From contig JALMLS010000311.1 of assembly GCA_038496445.1 (NCBI GenBank), positions 126,499 to 190,498 of the forward strand: a DNA stretch of 64,000 nucleotides. The letters are read 5' to 3'. This DNA is from Trichosphaerium sp. ATCC 40318 (Eukaryota; Protista; Tubulinea). Every line of letters starts with the position of its first letter. Position 1 is the stretch's first letter. The position numbers and the translations under genes are program-made. Below, piece by piece: positions 31,440 to 46,682 of the stretch. The notes under the pieces are model-generated. The model was not told where the DNA came from. It saw nothing but the letters and a program-made list of their open reading frames with translations, and made no database searches.

Positions 31440-31726
31440 GAACGTGAGTCCTGTTTATCCCGAAAGTGTTTTGACCTTTTTGTAGGTTTTTCTCTCATTT
31501 TGATACACATTTTGACACTAACATGAAAGGTACTATATGGTTAACTGCGGATACTCAGCTTATTATTTACAAATACATTACACGCCTATTATTTTTTTTT
31601 TGCTTTTTTCTATTTTGTTCCTTTCCTTGTGGCTCTTCTGCTTGTAGCAGACAGTAAAAAAATTAAGAGTAAGGCATAACATGCCCCCATCTCTTAAATG
31701 ACCACGTAGCTTGGCCTAAAGGAACA

Positions 31727-32668
31727 TTAAAAAAAAGACGTATTCCAAAGAAAAAAAGCCATAAACAGAGCCAATAACGCACTTGTAGAAAAACCAAAGG
31801 CTGTGCGGAACCAATAAGATAACAATAAGAATGTAATATACATGCACACCGCAACTATTAGGTACATTGTAAATGTAGAGTTGCGAGATGTACGTGGTGG
31901 AGCGCTGTATATCTTTTTAACCTTATCTCGCTCCTATAAAACGTACGTTAGTATTTATTGCTTTGGTTTTGTTGAAATAATTTTTTTGCATTTTTAACCC
32001 TTGTAATTAGTTTATTGCGTTGAAAACAACCCTAAAAAACGTACCACCGTTATCTTATTTTTAATCTCCAATATTTCATCTTGAAGTGTGCGTATATCAG
32101 CGTCTACACGCGATTTTTCAGTCTTAGCTGATTTCATTTGGTTTACTAGCTTCTCAAAGCCACTCTACAATGTTATTAGTGAGGAAGAGGTTTTCGCACT
32201 TGCGAAAAAAAAACAACTAAAAATGAACGTACTCTGCCTCTTTGTGTCTCGGTGAGTAGCCGTTCGAACGTTGATATTAGACTGTCCCTTGCACTTATTT
32301 TATTCAATTGTTCGGTAAACAACCTAGATCAATGGTAAGGGTATGAGTGCGCGCGGTGGTGCTCGTACGTGTCTTGCGCTCGCTGAGCTATTAGAGCTTC
32401 TTTACATTTTGATAAAGTTGCAGTACATTCTGCAAGAGCACTGTCACTCCTGCATTAATTTAATATAAGGTATGAAGCGAGAAAAAAATTTTATACCCGC
32501 TATTATTATTGTCTGAGAATTCGAGCGCTGTGTGATCAAGTGGATTGTACTATAGCAAAGACTGAGCCGCAAAATAATTTTTCCTATTGCACGCACTTCT
32601 GATGGTTGTTTGCCCAGTGGCTCTTCAACCGCTCGCGGAATAGCGATTCTTGGGTCTTCGTGTGCCAT
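31727..32668 (-). CDS. Hypothetical coiled-coil protein with C-terminal membrane segments
   Basis: MAHEDPRIAIP..., coiled-coil exons, then a hydrophobic tail YLIVAVCMYITFLLLSYW...ALLALFMAFFLWNTSFF*. Confidence 0.55.
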
Positions 32669-33008
32669 TGTACAGTACTTTAGTTGTATAAGCCGCGGGA
32701 AAGAAATAATTAAGCTATTTGCTCTGTAAACGTCAACCTTATTATTTTCCGTAAACCATTTCTTCTTCTTTAAGCAGTACGAATTGTGTTTGAACCCGAA
32801 AAAGAGCGTTTTAGCATAAGTGCAAAAAACTACGAGTGTATTTGGAATAATAGTTATTGTCTCTTCGCCTGGTATAAACGCTTTCGCGTTGCAATCGTTG
32901 TTATTGCTAGCTGGAGTGCGTTAATGACGATGTTTCACAGCACTAGTGCCTTTCAAAATGTGAGCGCATATACTTCAAAAAATGAGCACCACCATATTGT
33001 AGGGAGCC

Positions 33009-36000
33009 ATGAGCGACTTGTCGCCGCGCACTTCTGACACTAATCTACATTCGCCATCTAGCTTACGGAAGCACCACACGTCAATAAAGGGTGTGTTTTT
33101 ATGCTAAATACCAATTTAATGGGCTCACGTACTGTGTAGTTGGAGCAAATGAAATTGTGCAGGCTCTTGAAGCCGACATGCCAGACTCCAATAGTAGCGG
33201 CGTAGGGAGCCCCAGAGACACTGAACAGACGTTAATTCAAATAAATCCATCCAAACAAGTGACGGTAATAAAGAAAACGTACCTAAACAAAGCAAACAAG
33301 AATAAAAGAGAAGAAACACTGTGGGATGGTACCGAAAATGAGTTGGGAAGCAGGATTTGTACGTTTCATGTTAAACAAACGACAACACTAAATGGCGTTA
33401 CATTGCGTATAAATCTAAGAGTAATATTACTCAAAAAAGCCTAAAGAGAAAAAAAAAAACCACATTAAAATACGCACGTGCTTACCCGTCTTCTAGCAAG
33501 AACAAATGACGAGTTAAATAATTTAAAACCACTAACATCTTTCCCACAAAAACACACTACAGTCATTTCTACTGAGGGTAAACCGCGTGTTCCAGGCGCT
33601 GGTTTTCCTGTACGACGTAATTAGTGCTTAATTTTGATCATAACCTTTTTTCTCTAGCCCACTGATCTTGATTATGTGAAAGGCACGCACGTGCAAGATT
33701 GTATCGCTAGTTATACTCGCCCGTGGGTGCAAGTGCGTGGGACAAAATATAAAATAGTTGCTGTGTCATAAAATTAACTATGTGCGCTAGGTAGTGTGGA
33801 AAGATCGACAGGAGCATGGTGGAGCTCGTGCTCCTACAGAAAAACAAGACAAAAAATTGCCAAAACAAGTGCGAATGTTAGACTTGCCACCTACTAATAA
33901 CAGTAGACTTATCAACTCGATGAGACGCCTGAGGATTATTCTTCATTGCCCCAAAGCGCTCCTCCAGGGTACTTAGATATTAATAGAATGAAATTATTGA
34001 TTTTGACGCAGCATGGCGAGGAGAATGACAGCACATCAACAAGAGCTAGATCCGAGATTTATAAAAGAGTTCAGGCGCAAGACAGACGATAAGCATACGG
34101 ACAAGCTTCGAGTATGTGGATTAATTTAACTTTCATTGACGTTGTGTAGGATAAAGAGAGATTGAGGCTGTTTGATACTTATACTCCTTGGGGTGATCAC
34201 TATCCTAATGAAACAGATAAAAGAGGGAGTGACGTTGACAAGTGGGGTGATTTACGCGGCTTTGAGTTTGTTGTTAATCTGAAGCAACTCAGCTTTGGTT
34301 TTCAGACCCAACTGGAACCATACTTTGTTAACTTTATGCTGTACGACACTGTTGAGAAAACCCGTATATCCGAAACAATACAATATACGTGGTTCAGTAG
34401 TGCCGAAATGGAAGCCTATTGGTCACAAACGTTTCCAGCTCATTTTAAGCACTTGGTATGTACCTGACACGTGTTTACTATTTTTTTTGGATTAATTTGT
34501 TTAGAATAACGCTCATGTTACTTTTAAAGCTAAAAGGATGCTATTCACGGTGGCAGACCCAAGGTACTGTGATTTTTGTGTTAGGCTAAGGAAGTACTAA
34601 TTTTTTTTTTTACAAGTCCTTCAATACATCTCATAATATGGGTCGAAAAAGTACTTCAGGGCGATATTGACGAAATCCTTCATTTGTACTCAAGCGCCAA
34701 TGACGTAATTATTTCGGATTGACTTTTGTTTCATTGGTGTTTATTTATCTTAGGTTAAAGTAAAGGATATAAACAAGGCTACAGATGAACTAAAGATGAT
34801 TTATTCTTCGAGTGGAAAATACAAGCAACTTCTTTGTTGGACATTCCACCCATTATTCGATGATGAAGGCAATTTAAAAGAGAGTGATAATGATAAATTA
34901 AAGCTTAGGAAGGCAAAGGTACACTAATCATGATTTATAATCACGTGGAGGTTAACATAAAATCAAGGGCGAATTTATTTATTCTCAAACGGTTCTTCAG
35001 CCAAAGTTAAAAATGTCACGTGCTGTTACAGCAAAAGATCTTCACAAGGCACAGAAATTACAACGTGATAGCCCCAAGAGTGATGTACGTACAAAGCTAT
35101 TTTTTGGTTGTAGTTATTCCGCTTTGTTTACACCTGCTAGCGCGGTAAATTTATTACTGGTGTCGCTGCTATAAGTGTTACTGCAGTTGAATCGAAAGGA
35201 GCAAAAACTACTTCAAGTAAACCAGCAGCTGGTCTCCCACCTAGAAATGACAATGTGTCTATTGGTACCTTCAGGGGAGGGTAAGTTTCTATTGTATTTT
35301 TAGTTAATTAATTTTACAATAGTGGAACAGATTCGCGTAGAAAGACACGTTTTGCTAGGACCACTGTGCGTCCTGAACAGCAACCACTTGCTCGTTACAC
35401 ATCTCCTTCCCTGTTGAAGGTTGAGCCTTTTTTGGAGAGTGCTCCATGCGCTAGGTACTATTACAAATGAAAACAATTTTTTTTTTTGATCTAATTACGG
35501 ATTCAGAGAAGTGCTTGAGATCTATGACAAAAAATATGACTACCTTTCTCCGCATAGAACTTTTGTGAACAACTTGTTCATTTATCCACAGTCAGTGAAT
35601 CTCTCAAGTACGTATAAAACTAATATGTTCGTCTTCTTATTGACCACAGATGCAAAACTGGCAAAATCCAAGAATATAAGTGTTAGAGTACAAGTGTTCG
35701 ATAAGTCAAAGTTTTCTAGTAACGATGGGCAGCCATTGAGGGTATGTTTTCAAACAAGAAGCGAGTCATAACTGTAGTATCTTACCTAACTGTGTAGGTA
35801 TTGTATAATGAAAGTGGACAGCTTGTTGATGAAGTAACAACGTCTGTGACATACAGAAACCCAAAACCACAATTCTACGATGAAATTAAAGTTGAACTAC
35901 CTTGCAAGTTCCCAAAATCACCTGATTATCATATTGTCTTTACTTTCCTTGATGTACCTATCTATTTGAAAAAAAAGAAGGACTCTAAAAAAGATACAAC

Positions 36001-39000
36001 CAAAGATCCTGCTGTGGCATGTGTTTTTTTTTATTCTGCACTTTTCAACAATTCTTATGTGTTTAGCCTATTGGATACGCTCAACTACCTCTGTGGCCAA
36101 AAGATTTGGATGGTTATACTATGGTTAAAGACAAAGTTCATTCGTTACCAATAGCTCTTAAAATCGGTAATCTGGGCCATGATATTAAAGTACGTCTCAC
36201 TTGTGTTTTAATCGAGACTAATTAAATTATGTTTAGTGGCTAGCCGAAAAGAAAGAACTATTTATTGTAGAGACAAAGATGATATCAAGTATACATGCTC
36301 AGGACCGCAAGTTGATCCAATTCTTTCGCCACTATAAATCATCAATCGCTGGTGTTGTTGCTGGTGTATGTGCTCCAATAGCTCACGCTAATCCTGGCGA
36401 ACTTGGTATGTGGTTTATAGTATTTTTTACTGTACTTACAATACGGTTTTAGTGCGGTTCTTTCCTGTACTCGTAGATGAGCTGTTGTACGTAATATCAG
36501 TAGCAGAAATAATCAAAAATGCAGAACGAAAGAGGTAGGTTTAAATAGCTTTTCTTGTCTACACGTGATTAAGTTTGGTTTTTTTAAAGGAAGGCCATGT
36601 CTTTGATGAAACAAAATGCTCCTCCGGCTGATTACACTTTACAATACTCTGAACCAGGTGTTAGCGCATTCGCGGCACTTATGGGTGTTTTGCAGAAGTA
36701 CAAACATTGTTCTCATGTGAAAACCGCATTATTAATATCTTTTAGGGTGAGCAGAACAGGTGGAAAGCAATTGCTTATTTCTTATGTGCGAGGCTACTTT
36801 TCTAAGGTGCGAACATAAAAATATTTTACTGGAGTGGAACCTAACATGTACAAGTTGCTCGATACACCTGAGTCAAATCCTTCATCAAAGAACGAACCTG
36901 AGTTTGAACAAAGGAATAATTTCTTATTATTCGAGGCGCTTGCAAACCTCTATCGCAAAGCACTTGCTAAGGTATAAACAAAAAATCATAGGCATGGCTT
37001 TTTTTTTCTTATTCGCATTCCATAGCCAAGTACTGAGTTGAAAATACAACTGTTCGAGAATGGTTGGTTTATACTTGAACTTATCATGAAGAGTATGGTG
37101 CTACACTTGAAAGATGTAGCAGAATTTTATGCAGGACATGATAAAAGCGAAGGCACATTTTTTACTTTTATAAGTCATTCATTGTTAACGCAATACTATA
37201 GACATCCGATCTCAGAGATTCTCTATTGCGTACCAACGCACTCTTGATGGATTGATTGTTGAAATATGCAATCAGCTAAGACGCTGGGGTATGTTGATTC
37301 GTTTAAAGTGACTTGACAATAACTGTAACTTTTAGGTAAGGCAGGTGTAGAAGCGACAAAGTCGCTTAATCGTGCTGTTGCATACTTTATTAAAGATGCG
37401 TTTGCCATCATGGATAGAGGAAATGTCATATCTTTGGTATGTAACTTAATAAGTATGTTACGATCTAAAAGGGGTAAATAGATCGACTTGTACCTCAAGG
37501 GTGTTAAAAAGTTTGGAGAGACAATCTGTCCCAAATTTTTATCAAGCCTCAAATGGGATTTCTTATCAATTGTATCTGATTACGAGCACTTTGTGCCATT
37601 GAGTCTAGTTAACCTAGAATTACCGGATCTTAACCGTATTTACGACCGTGATTGGCGGTACGTGAAACGTTTTATAAGTCACGTGTCTTGATTTCTAATT
37701 CAAAAAAAGGCAGCAACATCCTTTACCTGGATTCATCATTTCGGAACTTTCTGAAGGCCTGCAAGAAGTAAAGTTCCCTGCACCTTCAAATAAGAATAAG
37801 AAGGCTGACAGGCACGAAAGGTTTCAATTAGAATACTTAGAGTTAAACCTTACAACTAACGTGTCTGAACAATAAAGACGTAGGTCTAAGTTTATAACAG
37901 GACCACTAAAGTACTCACGTGGAGGAGCAAAACAAAAACCATACGAGATTTATCAGTGGGACATCAAAAATGTACAGTTTTTTTTTGGTCGGTAATCAGT
38001 TTATTATGTACTGATATTAAATTACAAGGGTATCTCGTGCTTGCGTAACTTGCTATGGAAACATGCTGTTGATAAAAGATACCAAGATTCTGCGGTAAGT
38101 GGCGATTTTAACTAGTTTGGATTACCTTTGTTTTTTGTACTGATTTTCAATAGGTAAGGGAGAGGCTGACAGCTGTTTATTTCCCAGTTATTGAGATGGT
38201 ACGTATTTTTATGAATTGGGAAATGTGTCTTTAATTTAAGTAACACTTCACTCTTCAGATTCAAGACAACCTCGAGAAGATACGGAAGTTGGATAAAGTT
38301 TGTAAGCAGGTTTTTTTTTGGAAGAATTGTTTTGTCTGACGCTCTTTCAGCTCAAAGAAAATTCATGCTATGTTTCTTGTACATCGTTAAAAACATAAGC
38401 AAACCATGTTTCAGGTACTTGACATGGTACCATTAGCGTAAAATTGACAACAATTTTTTTCTAGAAAATGGCTAAAGTTCGAGCATAAAGAAGAAATAGA
38501 ACGAACGCAGAATTTCTTCGATGCGTGTACTCTTGCTTGTCAATTATTCCAAGTAAGCACAGTTATTCAAATCATTATTAACAGTCATCGTAGTACATCG
38601 GAAAGCAAGGATTTGCAATGAAGCTTGAAACTGGTCAAAAGCAGCATGTAAGTCTTTTTGGTGATACAGTTAGATTAGAAGTAACGCATTCTCTTTAGGT
38701 ACCTGAACTGGCTCTTGGATTCTTCCCAGAACGCATGCTCACTACTGTCATAAAAGCATTCTTATCCTCAAGTAAACACCTCTCATGCATACTTAAGTTA
38801 ATGGTTTTTTTCCAGAGCGAGAAGTTTCCAAGTTGAAAAACACTACTGGTCTTAAGACCAAGGCAGACTACAAGGTGAGTTTCTCTTTTTTTTAATTCAT
38901 ATCTTATTTAATACAACTATAGAGACGATGGTTGGATAATTTGTGGACAGCACCTGCTGGTAGTAAAAGCAAGAAAGATAAGAAGAAAAAGCGATCTGAA

Positions 39001-41985
39001 AATGGACATGTTATCGACCTTCGCAAAGAAGGAAACTTCTGTAGAGAAAGCTCAATGGTGATTATTGACGTAATAATTGATTTTGTAAGGGACATGAAGC
39101 ACGAAATGGCATTGAAATCGTCAGAGTACGTCATAACTAAACACAACTTTTTTGTTTGACTTTTTTTTTTTGTAGAATTATGCCTAACATTGTGTCTGTA
39201 CTTGTGATGCTCTTGCAGATACCACAATGCGAGAGTTTACTCAATATGCTTCTGTGGTACTTACGTTGTTTTGTCCATACTTTCCCAAAGCCACTATTCA
39301 AGCACCATGAAAATACTTACAGCGGGGACATTTGCAATCAACTTTTGAGACTGTGTAATATGACCAGCGAAAAGACACGTGCTCAGAGTATTGCCCTTCT
39401 CTTTGTTATGATACACGTGCGTATCAAATGCCAACTAAAGAATTTTCATCTAACTTGTACTTATAGCTCAATAACACGCTTGTCAAGAAGTTCTCCATGA
39501 TGAAACTTCGTACTTCTGTCGCTACCTCACAGTTAGTAGGCTCTGGAGAATTTAAGGTACTTAGTTTTAGAATAAGCGCAAGCATTGCATGCTAATCAAA
39601 TATAGAACTTCCGTAATCTACGCCGTGGGTTAATATCTATGGCTGATTATGCTTCAGCACTCACTGAAGAGATTTCTCCAAGTGATAAGCACTTTGGACT
39701 ACATAAAGACTTTTCAGATCAGCTTCAAGGACTTGTTGAGGCGCTATGTGAAGTCCTCGAAAAGTTCTCATTGATAGAGGAACTCAAACACCACCCAGAA
39801 TACACTGCTCAACTATACTACCAAATTTCGGTACTTACAAGTTTTATGTGCTTAAGCCTCCTGCTTTGGAAGCAAAACACCTCTGTGTTGTTCTTTTTCT
39901 AAACTAGATTTTAGAATGGTTACCTCAATTCGCCAGAGCTTCGTGTTATTTGGCTAAACAGTCTAGCTAACTTCCAGGTTAAGGTAAGAGTCTTTACATT
40001 TAGTTGTACTTCAAAATTCTTTAACACGTGTTTTAGCAACAACGGTATGAAGAGGCGGCACAATCCAAGTTGTACATAGCCGCTTTGATACTACAAGTTC
40101 TTCAAGAAAAGCATAAAAATAATCCAAAGCAACTTCTTGGATTCCCTGAGAATATTTCTGAGCTAAAGACAATACTAACTAATATTGATGGAGAGCTTGG
40201 CATACCTGAGATTGATGGAGACGTACGTTTTGTTATCTTATTTTTATGTCACGAAACACGTGTCAGTTCCACGTTTTCTTGCACCGAATACAACGCATAC
40301 TGATGATTCAACCTAGGAAAATGCAGAGCTTGTATCTGATGGTACATTTTCTCGTTACAAGCTGAACGAATACCTGAATGATGCAATCAGCAACTTAAAG
40401 AAGGTAACAATCTCAAAAGTAATGTACCTAATTAATTTTCGATGTAGGCCAATCTATGGGAGACTTGTATTGATGTCTATAATATTATGGTGCCTATTTT
40501 GCAAGCATCGAGGGACTACAATGGTTTATTCATGGCTTATGCTGATCTCTCAGATCTGAGTAAGAGTCTATCGCAGGCGGTAAGTAAACATCAACAACGT
40601 AAGCTTCTTATTCGATCTTTAGGATCATCGACTGTGGAGTCAATACTACAAGGTTACCTTCTTTGGTGAGGGCTGGAGAGAGGAAGCAAATAGTACTGTC
40701 ATTTACAAGGAACCTCCTGGCATTAGGCTGGCAGAGATAACAGCTCGCTTAACAGTACGAACAAGAAATATATACAATGCTAGTATTGTGCTTAGACGTT
40801 AAATTTAGGCGGAATTCAAAAAGATTCGTGGAGAAAATACACAACTCATTAAGCACTATAATGAGGGTGATAAGTTAGAGCCTGGCGTAAACTTCTTTTC
40901 ATTAGCATCCGTTACACCTTTCCACAATATCATTCAGTTGGAAGACAGGGATACACCATACTTGCAAAACTTCCACTTAAGTAAGTACTCATCTAACAGC
41001 CACTCAAAATCACGTGGATAAGTCTGTTAAACAAAAACATTAGTATCAATTTGATTATTCGCTCGTTTGATATAAGAGAACAATAGCTAATATTTACAAT
41101 CACTTGATTTTTCTGCGAAAAAACTTTCAAATAACTTTGATTTAGACTGTTTCAAACAAGAATCACCTATCAAGATACCTGGTTCTAACCAGTTTGGAAA
41201 GAAAAAAGTGTTTTACTACACAAATCCTTCATTCCCGTACTTGGTGTCCACTTCAACAGTTTGCAAAACAACAGAAGTGCGCTCTTCAACTCACCATCTT
41301 TTATTAAAATTACATTTCTAGGTTATCTTGGGTCCATTAGAAGCAGCTGCAGAGCAACTAGAAGCTAAAAATGCCAGCATCCAAGAACAAGTTGATATGC
41401 AACCACCTAACATTAAGACTTTGCAAATTGTGTTATCTGGTATCCTGACACCACGTATGAGACTCTTGATCACAAACCTTGCTTATTTTTTTTTTTAGAG
41501 GTCCAAGCAGGTCCAATCGAAATCGCTAATACCTTCCTTGCAAACACTTCTGAATATGACCCAGCACAGATACAACGCCTGAAAGATAACTTTATCATTC
41601 TATTGGAGCTTTGCGAAAGATGTTAGTAGTCATACAAATCCAAACGTGAAAACTCATTTTTTTTTTCAAATAGGTATTTTTATTAACAGAAACTTGTTCC
41701 CACATTATTCTGCTCCTCAGTATAATACCTTGGTACAACAACAAGAGCATTTCAAGAGTGGTCTACAAACTATAAAAGATAGATTGGTAGAGTTAGGCGT
41801 AGACATTGAAAAGAAACCGTACGAAACTTCAAAAAAAAAGATTCAAGAATTCTCAGCACTTTTTTTATGGCCAACTTTGTTCTTAACTTTGTGTTTTTAG
41901 GTCTCGTCGTGAAGGTCTTACCAGCACGTGGGGAGGTGATTCTTCAGAAGATGTTGAGTCTAGCATAGAACAATCTGATGCGTAA
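33009..41985 (+). CDS. DOCK-C/D (zizimin-like) Rho-family GEF with DHR-1 and DHR-2 domains
   Basis: DHR-1 C2 motifs FVNNLFIYPQSVN and PQFYDEIKVELP...HIVFTF; KWDFLSIVSDYEHFVPL; DHR-2 region YLNSPELRVIWL, YEEAAQ, YYKVTFFG, YKEPP and VQAGP. More than 40 short introns. Confidence 0.92.
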
Positions 41986-42608
41986 AGTAGTCACAGTTAA
42001 AATGAAAGCAACCAAAAACAGGTCTTTGCTGTAAAACTGAAAAAAAGTGGTGTACAAAAAATAAACAAAGTTACGCCACTGGATGACCGTGAAATAGCGT
42101 ATGGGAGTACTGCTTGGGCGCATTACGCCATATTTAGTTGTACCATAACGCAATATCGCACCAATTTGCCTTCGCTTGCACTTGTTTTTGCTTGTACAGC
42201 GTTACTACGAACAAACGCATGGATACTGACCAGTAACGCTTTTAAGTGTACTTGGATCGTTTACGTTATTTACCCGTAATACTAAGAATACGCACCGTTG
42301 AGGTTATCTTAGGATACCCCATTGGAGTTAATCGGACATTCACTTATTTTCACCAATTCGTCTGTTTGACGCCTAAAAACTCTACTGTAGTGGTAGAATT
42401 TCCTCGTACAACGATTTTCACCTTTTAAAAAGATCGCCGTTTAAAAAATGGCGCCCAACCAACAAAACATATTAAACACTAGCGACGTAGAAATGTACCT
42501 TAACGATACAAAAATGGTCTTCATTCTTCAATATTAAAGGCAGTTGACTTTCTCAGAATTTGAATAAATTTCAAAACACCAAACATCCCAAACCATCTGT
42601 GACGCAAT

Positions 42609-45600
42609 ATGGGGCAAACCAATAGTCAATACGACAATCTTTGGAATAACATAGGGCAAGAACAAACAGAGTCCCTAAACAAGTGGAGAAAACAGCTTGA
42701 GCAGTTTCATAAGAAAGAGAGAGAGGAGTCAGAAGGTAAGAGATAGACATAGAAACTTGTAAAACCTTTTTCGTATTTTCGCCTCCAGTACATCACCTTT
42801 GGATTTTTAAAACATATCTAATATCGTATAGCACTACATGAGAAGGAGAAAACATTATGGGAAGCAAAAGTAGATGCTGCAAAGACTTTGAAGGAGGAAC
42901 TCGAGGAACGATTGGAACAAGCATATAATGGGTCTAGTAGCCTAGAAAAGCAGTTAGAAAGCGAAATCGCAAAAGCGAGGTAATTTGGTAACTTTTAAAA
43001 ACGGTCGCCAACGTTGTTGGAGAAAAAAAGTGTTTGAGTGTTTCTTTCGCTAGAACTAAGCGTTTGGAATACTTTAAAATTGAAATTGAAGCAATTTGCC
43101 CAATTTGGAAAAAACTACTCTCGTTTCTCTTTGCGGAGCTCTCTCGGTTTTTTTCGCTTATATAGCGTTCTTACATGTTTTCTAGTGACTTGACGGCGGA
43201 GTTGCAAGGTCTACTATCAGCAAAACAGTTGCTGGAAGATACGAATAAAGCTCTTGAAGAAAAAATCGAAACTCTTGAAGAACTTAAAAAAGCAGAGACA
43301 AAAGTTCTTGAAGATGAGAAAAAGACCTTAGGAGAAAATATCGATGGCCTAAACGCAGAGTTAAAAGATCTCAAAGATGAAAAAGAAAAACTTGAAAATG
43401 ATTTTACTCAACTACAAAGCGCACTTGTGGCACGTGACGGTTAAATATTTTTGAAAAAAAATTTACAAAACAAAACAGTTTTGGCGGCGACTTTTTTTAT
43501 GTTTACTCTTATTGTAGGAAAAGGAGAAAGAGTTGGCTATAGTAAGTACATCCAAGGCTTTCCTTGAGGAAAAGTACGTTTAATAAGACGATAACTGGCC
43601 GTAAAGAATTCAGTTGTGATCTTTTATTAATTGGGTTTTGATTTTTATTTTTGTTGTATTTGTCTTATTGGGCTCTGTGCTTATTATTTCGCGTCATAGA
43701 CTCGATGAGCTCGAGGCTGAATTATTGGCGGTAAAACAAAAATTAAATGAGACTGAGACGACTATGAAAGAGGCAGAGAGTGGGTTTGTATCAGAGATAG
43801 AAGGCTTAAAGGCTACAAATGCTAAACACGTCATTAACAGTGCCGCAGATAAACAATCCTTTGAGGTATTCTAACATCAAACAATACATTGTTTTCTTCG
43901 CTAAACATTGTGTAGACAAAGTCTACGGCTTTACAGAAGTGTATAGATGATTTAACTGAAGAAAAAGAGGAGCTAATTAGAAAACTACAAGAAGCAAATG
44001 ACAAAAGAGAGTCAATAGAAGGAGATTTAAAGACTACTAATGAACAGCTACACGTCAAAGTCGCTACAACCCAAGAACAAAGCAAAGAGATAAATGACTT
44101 ACTTGATAAGGTGCGGATAGTGGTGATTGAAGTTGTACGCTTACCTGTGTTCTAGCTCAATGCTTCAATCGCACAAGAAGCTCTTTTGAGCAAAAGGATT
44201 GAAGAAATTAATGCGTCCTTTGAAGAGAAGCTTGATGCTCTTTCTGCTACGCTTGAGAGTACACAACAAGAGCTTAGCGACAGCCAAAAGCAATATTTAC
44301 TTGCTGTGGAGGGACAAAAAGGTTAGATTGCTTGTAAAAGATACTTACTGTTGTTCTAATAGTATATAATAGAGCTTCAACAAAGAGTGGATGCGTTAAC
44401 AGAAGAAATAGAGGAAGAGCGTGCAAGTAACCAGGAATCAAGTACGTAAACACGTTTATTCAAAGAAGACCTTTTGATTGAATAATTCAGCTTGAGCAAA
44501 AACCTCTCATAAAATTCTTTTTTTTTCTCACCCAGTTCTCTTAGAAGAGCAACGAATTGCACTCGAACAGCAACTTGAGACAACTAAGGCCAAGATTATT
44601 GAATTACAAGCTGAATTAGCTTCATTTGAGTCCTCTACAAAGAAGCAAACTGTATTCCATGCAACTGAAAAATTGAATTTGATGAATCAACACAGAGAAG
44701 AACTCGAGGAGCTCCAAGCTGCCTTAGATGCACTTAAAAAGAATAAAGAAAACGTTGAAGACGCTTTCGCAAAGCTCAAGTCGACACATGCGGATCTAAA
44801 CAAGCTCCTTGATGAAAAAATTGATATCATCCTACAAAGAGATGAAACGATTGACGCCATGAAGATTGACATGGAGGGTGTTAGAACACGATATGCAGAA
44901 GCCCAAGAGGAATTACAACACCGTGATACAGACTTAGCTGATAAAACTGCCGAGCTGAGAGTGAGTGACATTGAGTTCAAAGTTAAGTAACTTTAAGCTA
45001 ATCTCTTTTTACTTTAGGATTTACAAACTCGAATTGAACACCTTGAACCTTTCCAACAAAAATACACAGAGCTAGCAAAGCAATACGTTGAATTAGAGGA
45101 GCAATTTGAGAGTACAAAAGAACTTTTAAAGTCTGCTCAAGATGGTTCTGAATCGCAAACAACACAACTTGAACAAAAGGCAAGCTTCAAGTTTTTAGTC
45201 TCACCCTAGTTTTAACTTTTTTTTGATTACAGGATCGTGAAGCCGCCCAAGTCCGTGAAGAGCTTAAAAAAGTCAAGGAAGCACAAGAGACACAAATGGA
45301 AGATGTACGATAAAACACACTTGTTTGAAATTGTCACGTGACTTATTGTTTTTTCAGCTTGGATCTCAACTTGAGGCCTTGGAAAAATTCAAGGATATGT
45401 ACAATACCTTGCGTGATACACATACAGAGCAAGAGAAGGAGTTAAGAAAACTACAACGTCATAGTGCTGCTGAAACGGATAAAGCCCAATTGATGGAAAT
45501 TGAACTTGAAGCAAAAGAAGCGAACCTTTCCCAGATCAGACAAGAATATGATAAAGATACTCGCGAATGGCAGGAAGAGCGCTTAGTCATGCAAGCAGAA

Positions 45601-46348
45601 ATTGATAGGCTCAAGCAAGCACTTCAAACTATGGGCGAGGAAGATCGTTACATGTACAGACATACAATTGATGACCGAATGGATGTAGAAATGGATGCAC
45701 CAGGTAAGACTATTTTGTTTGTTTTTCTTGCTTGAAACTAATTTTGTTCTAAGATTCTCCTGCAAATCTACCTGCTCCTGACTTTTCTGGTATTGATGTT
45801 GAAGATTCTCATTATGTAATGACTCCTATCTCCACACCTCAACCAGGTACATTCCGTGTACCGCGCCCAAGACGACCAAGACACAAAACAATCAACTACC
45901 TCGAAGTTACAGGTACGCCTTCTACTAATTTCCTTTATGAAAGCTCCAGGCGCTGCTAACACTTGTCTAGCGAGAGAGGGTCAAAAATGGATAGCAGAAA
46001 TGGGTGGTATTCATCATACTCATCTCAGTGAGGACTTCGAGTTTCGTCCACGTGAATTTCGGTATGCTACACGTGCTTTTAAAGTTTTTTACTCAAATTA
46101 CTAATTATTGCTATAGTGCACCTACTCCTTTCTGGTCCCCTATGCGTAAACCATTAAAGTCTAGGAAGAATGGTAAAGTACGAAAAAGTATGCCAAGTGC
46201 TACTATTTCTAGAACATTATCCAAGAACGCTTGGGTTTCAAAGTACAACAGATTTGGAACAGGTGGTGGTAAACGAAAATCTTTCACTGTCACTTCTCCA
46301 TCAAAGAAAAAGGCTATATCTAAAAGAAGAAGAGTTACTATTAAGTAA
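42609..46348 (+). CDS. Long coiled-coil protein with predicted N-myristoylation and a basic C-terminal tail
   Basis: Starts MGQTNS (G2/S6), followed by many E/K/L heptad exons; the tail has SP/TP sites and ends SPSKKKAISKRRRVTIK*. Confidence 0.75.
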
Positions 46349-46682
46349 CCTCAACTGTATGCCTGTAATTTCCCCAAAACCCTACCCCCTTTTGTTAATA
46401 GTAATCAAAAACTGCCTTGTGAAAAAAAAAAAAAACCCGAATGTACATTTTACCTGTTTCTTTGCAAATAATGTTTAAATAAACGCCTTGTTCTTAATAA
46501 GTCTTATATCAAGTATCAGTGACTTCTAACCTTACGTCAAAGTTGGCAAGTCTCTTGCATAGGAGCAACAAATTCAATGAAAAACTGAATCTACTGAGAT
46601 TACATAATAACGCCTTAAGAGTTTGATAGTCAAAAACAGAAACATCACTTTACAAATATTTCCAAATAGAGACACCTGCGCA

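Noticed and set aside
41990-42480. Possible minus-strand gene with intron-like signals after the DOCK gene
   Set aside because: No consistent reading frame was found.
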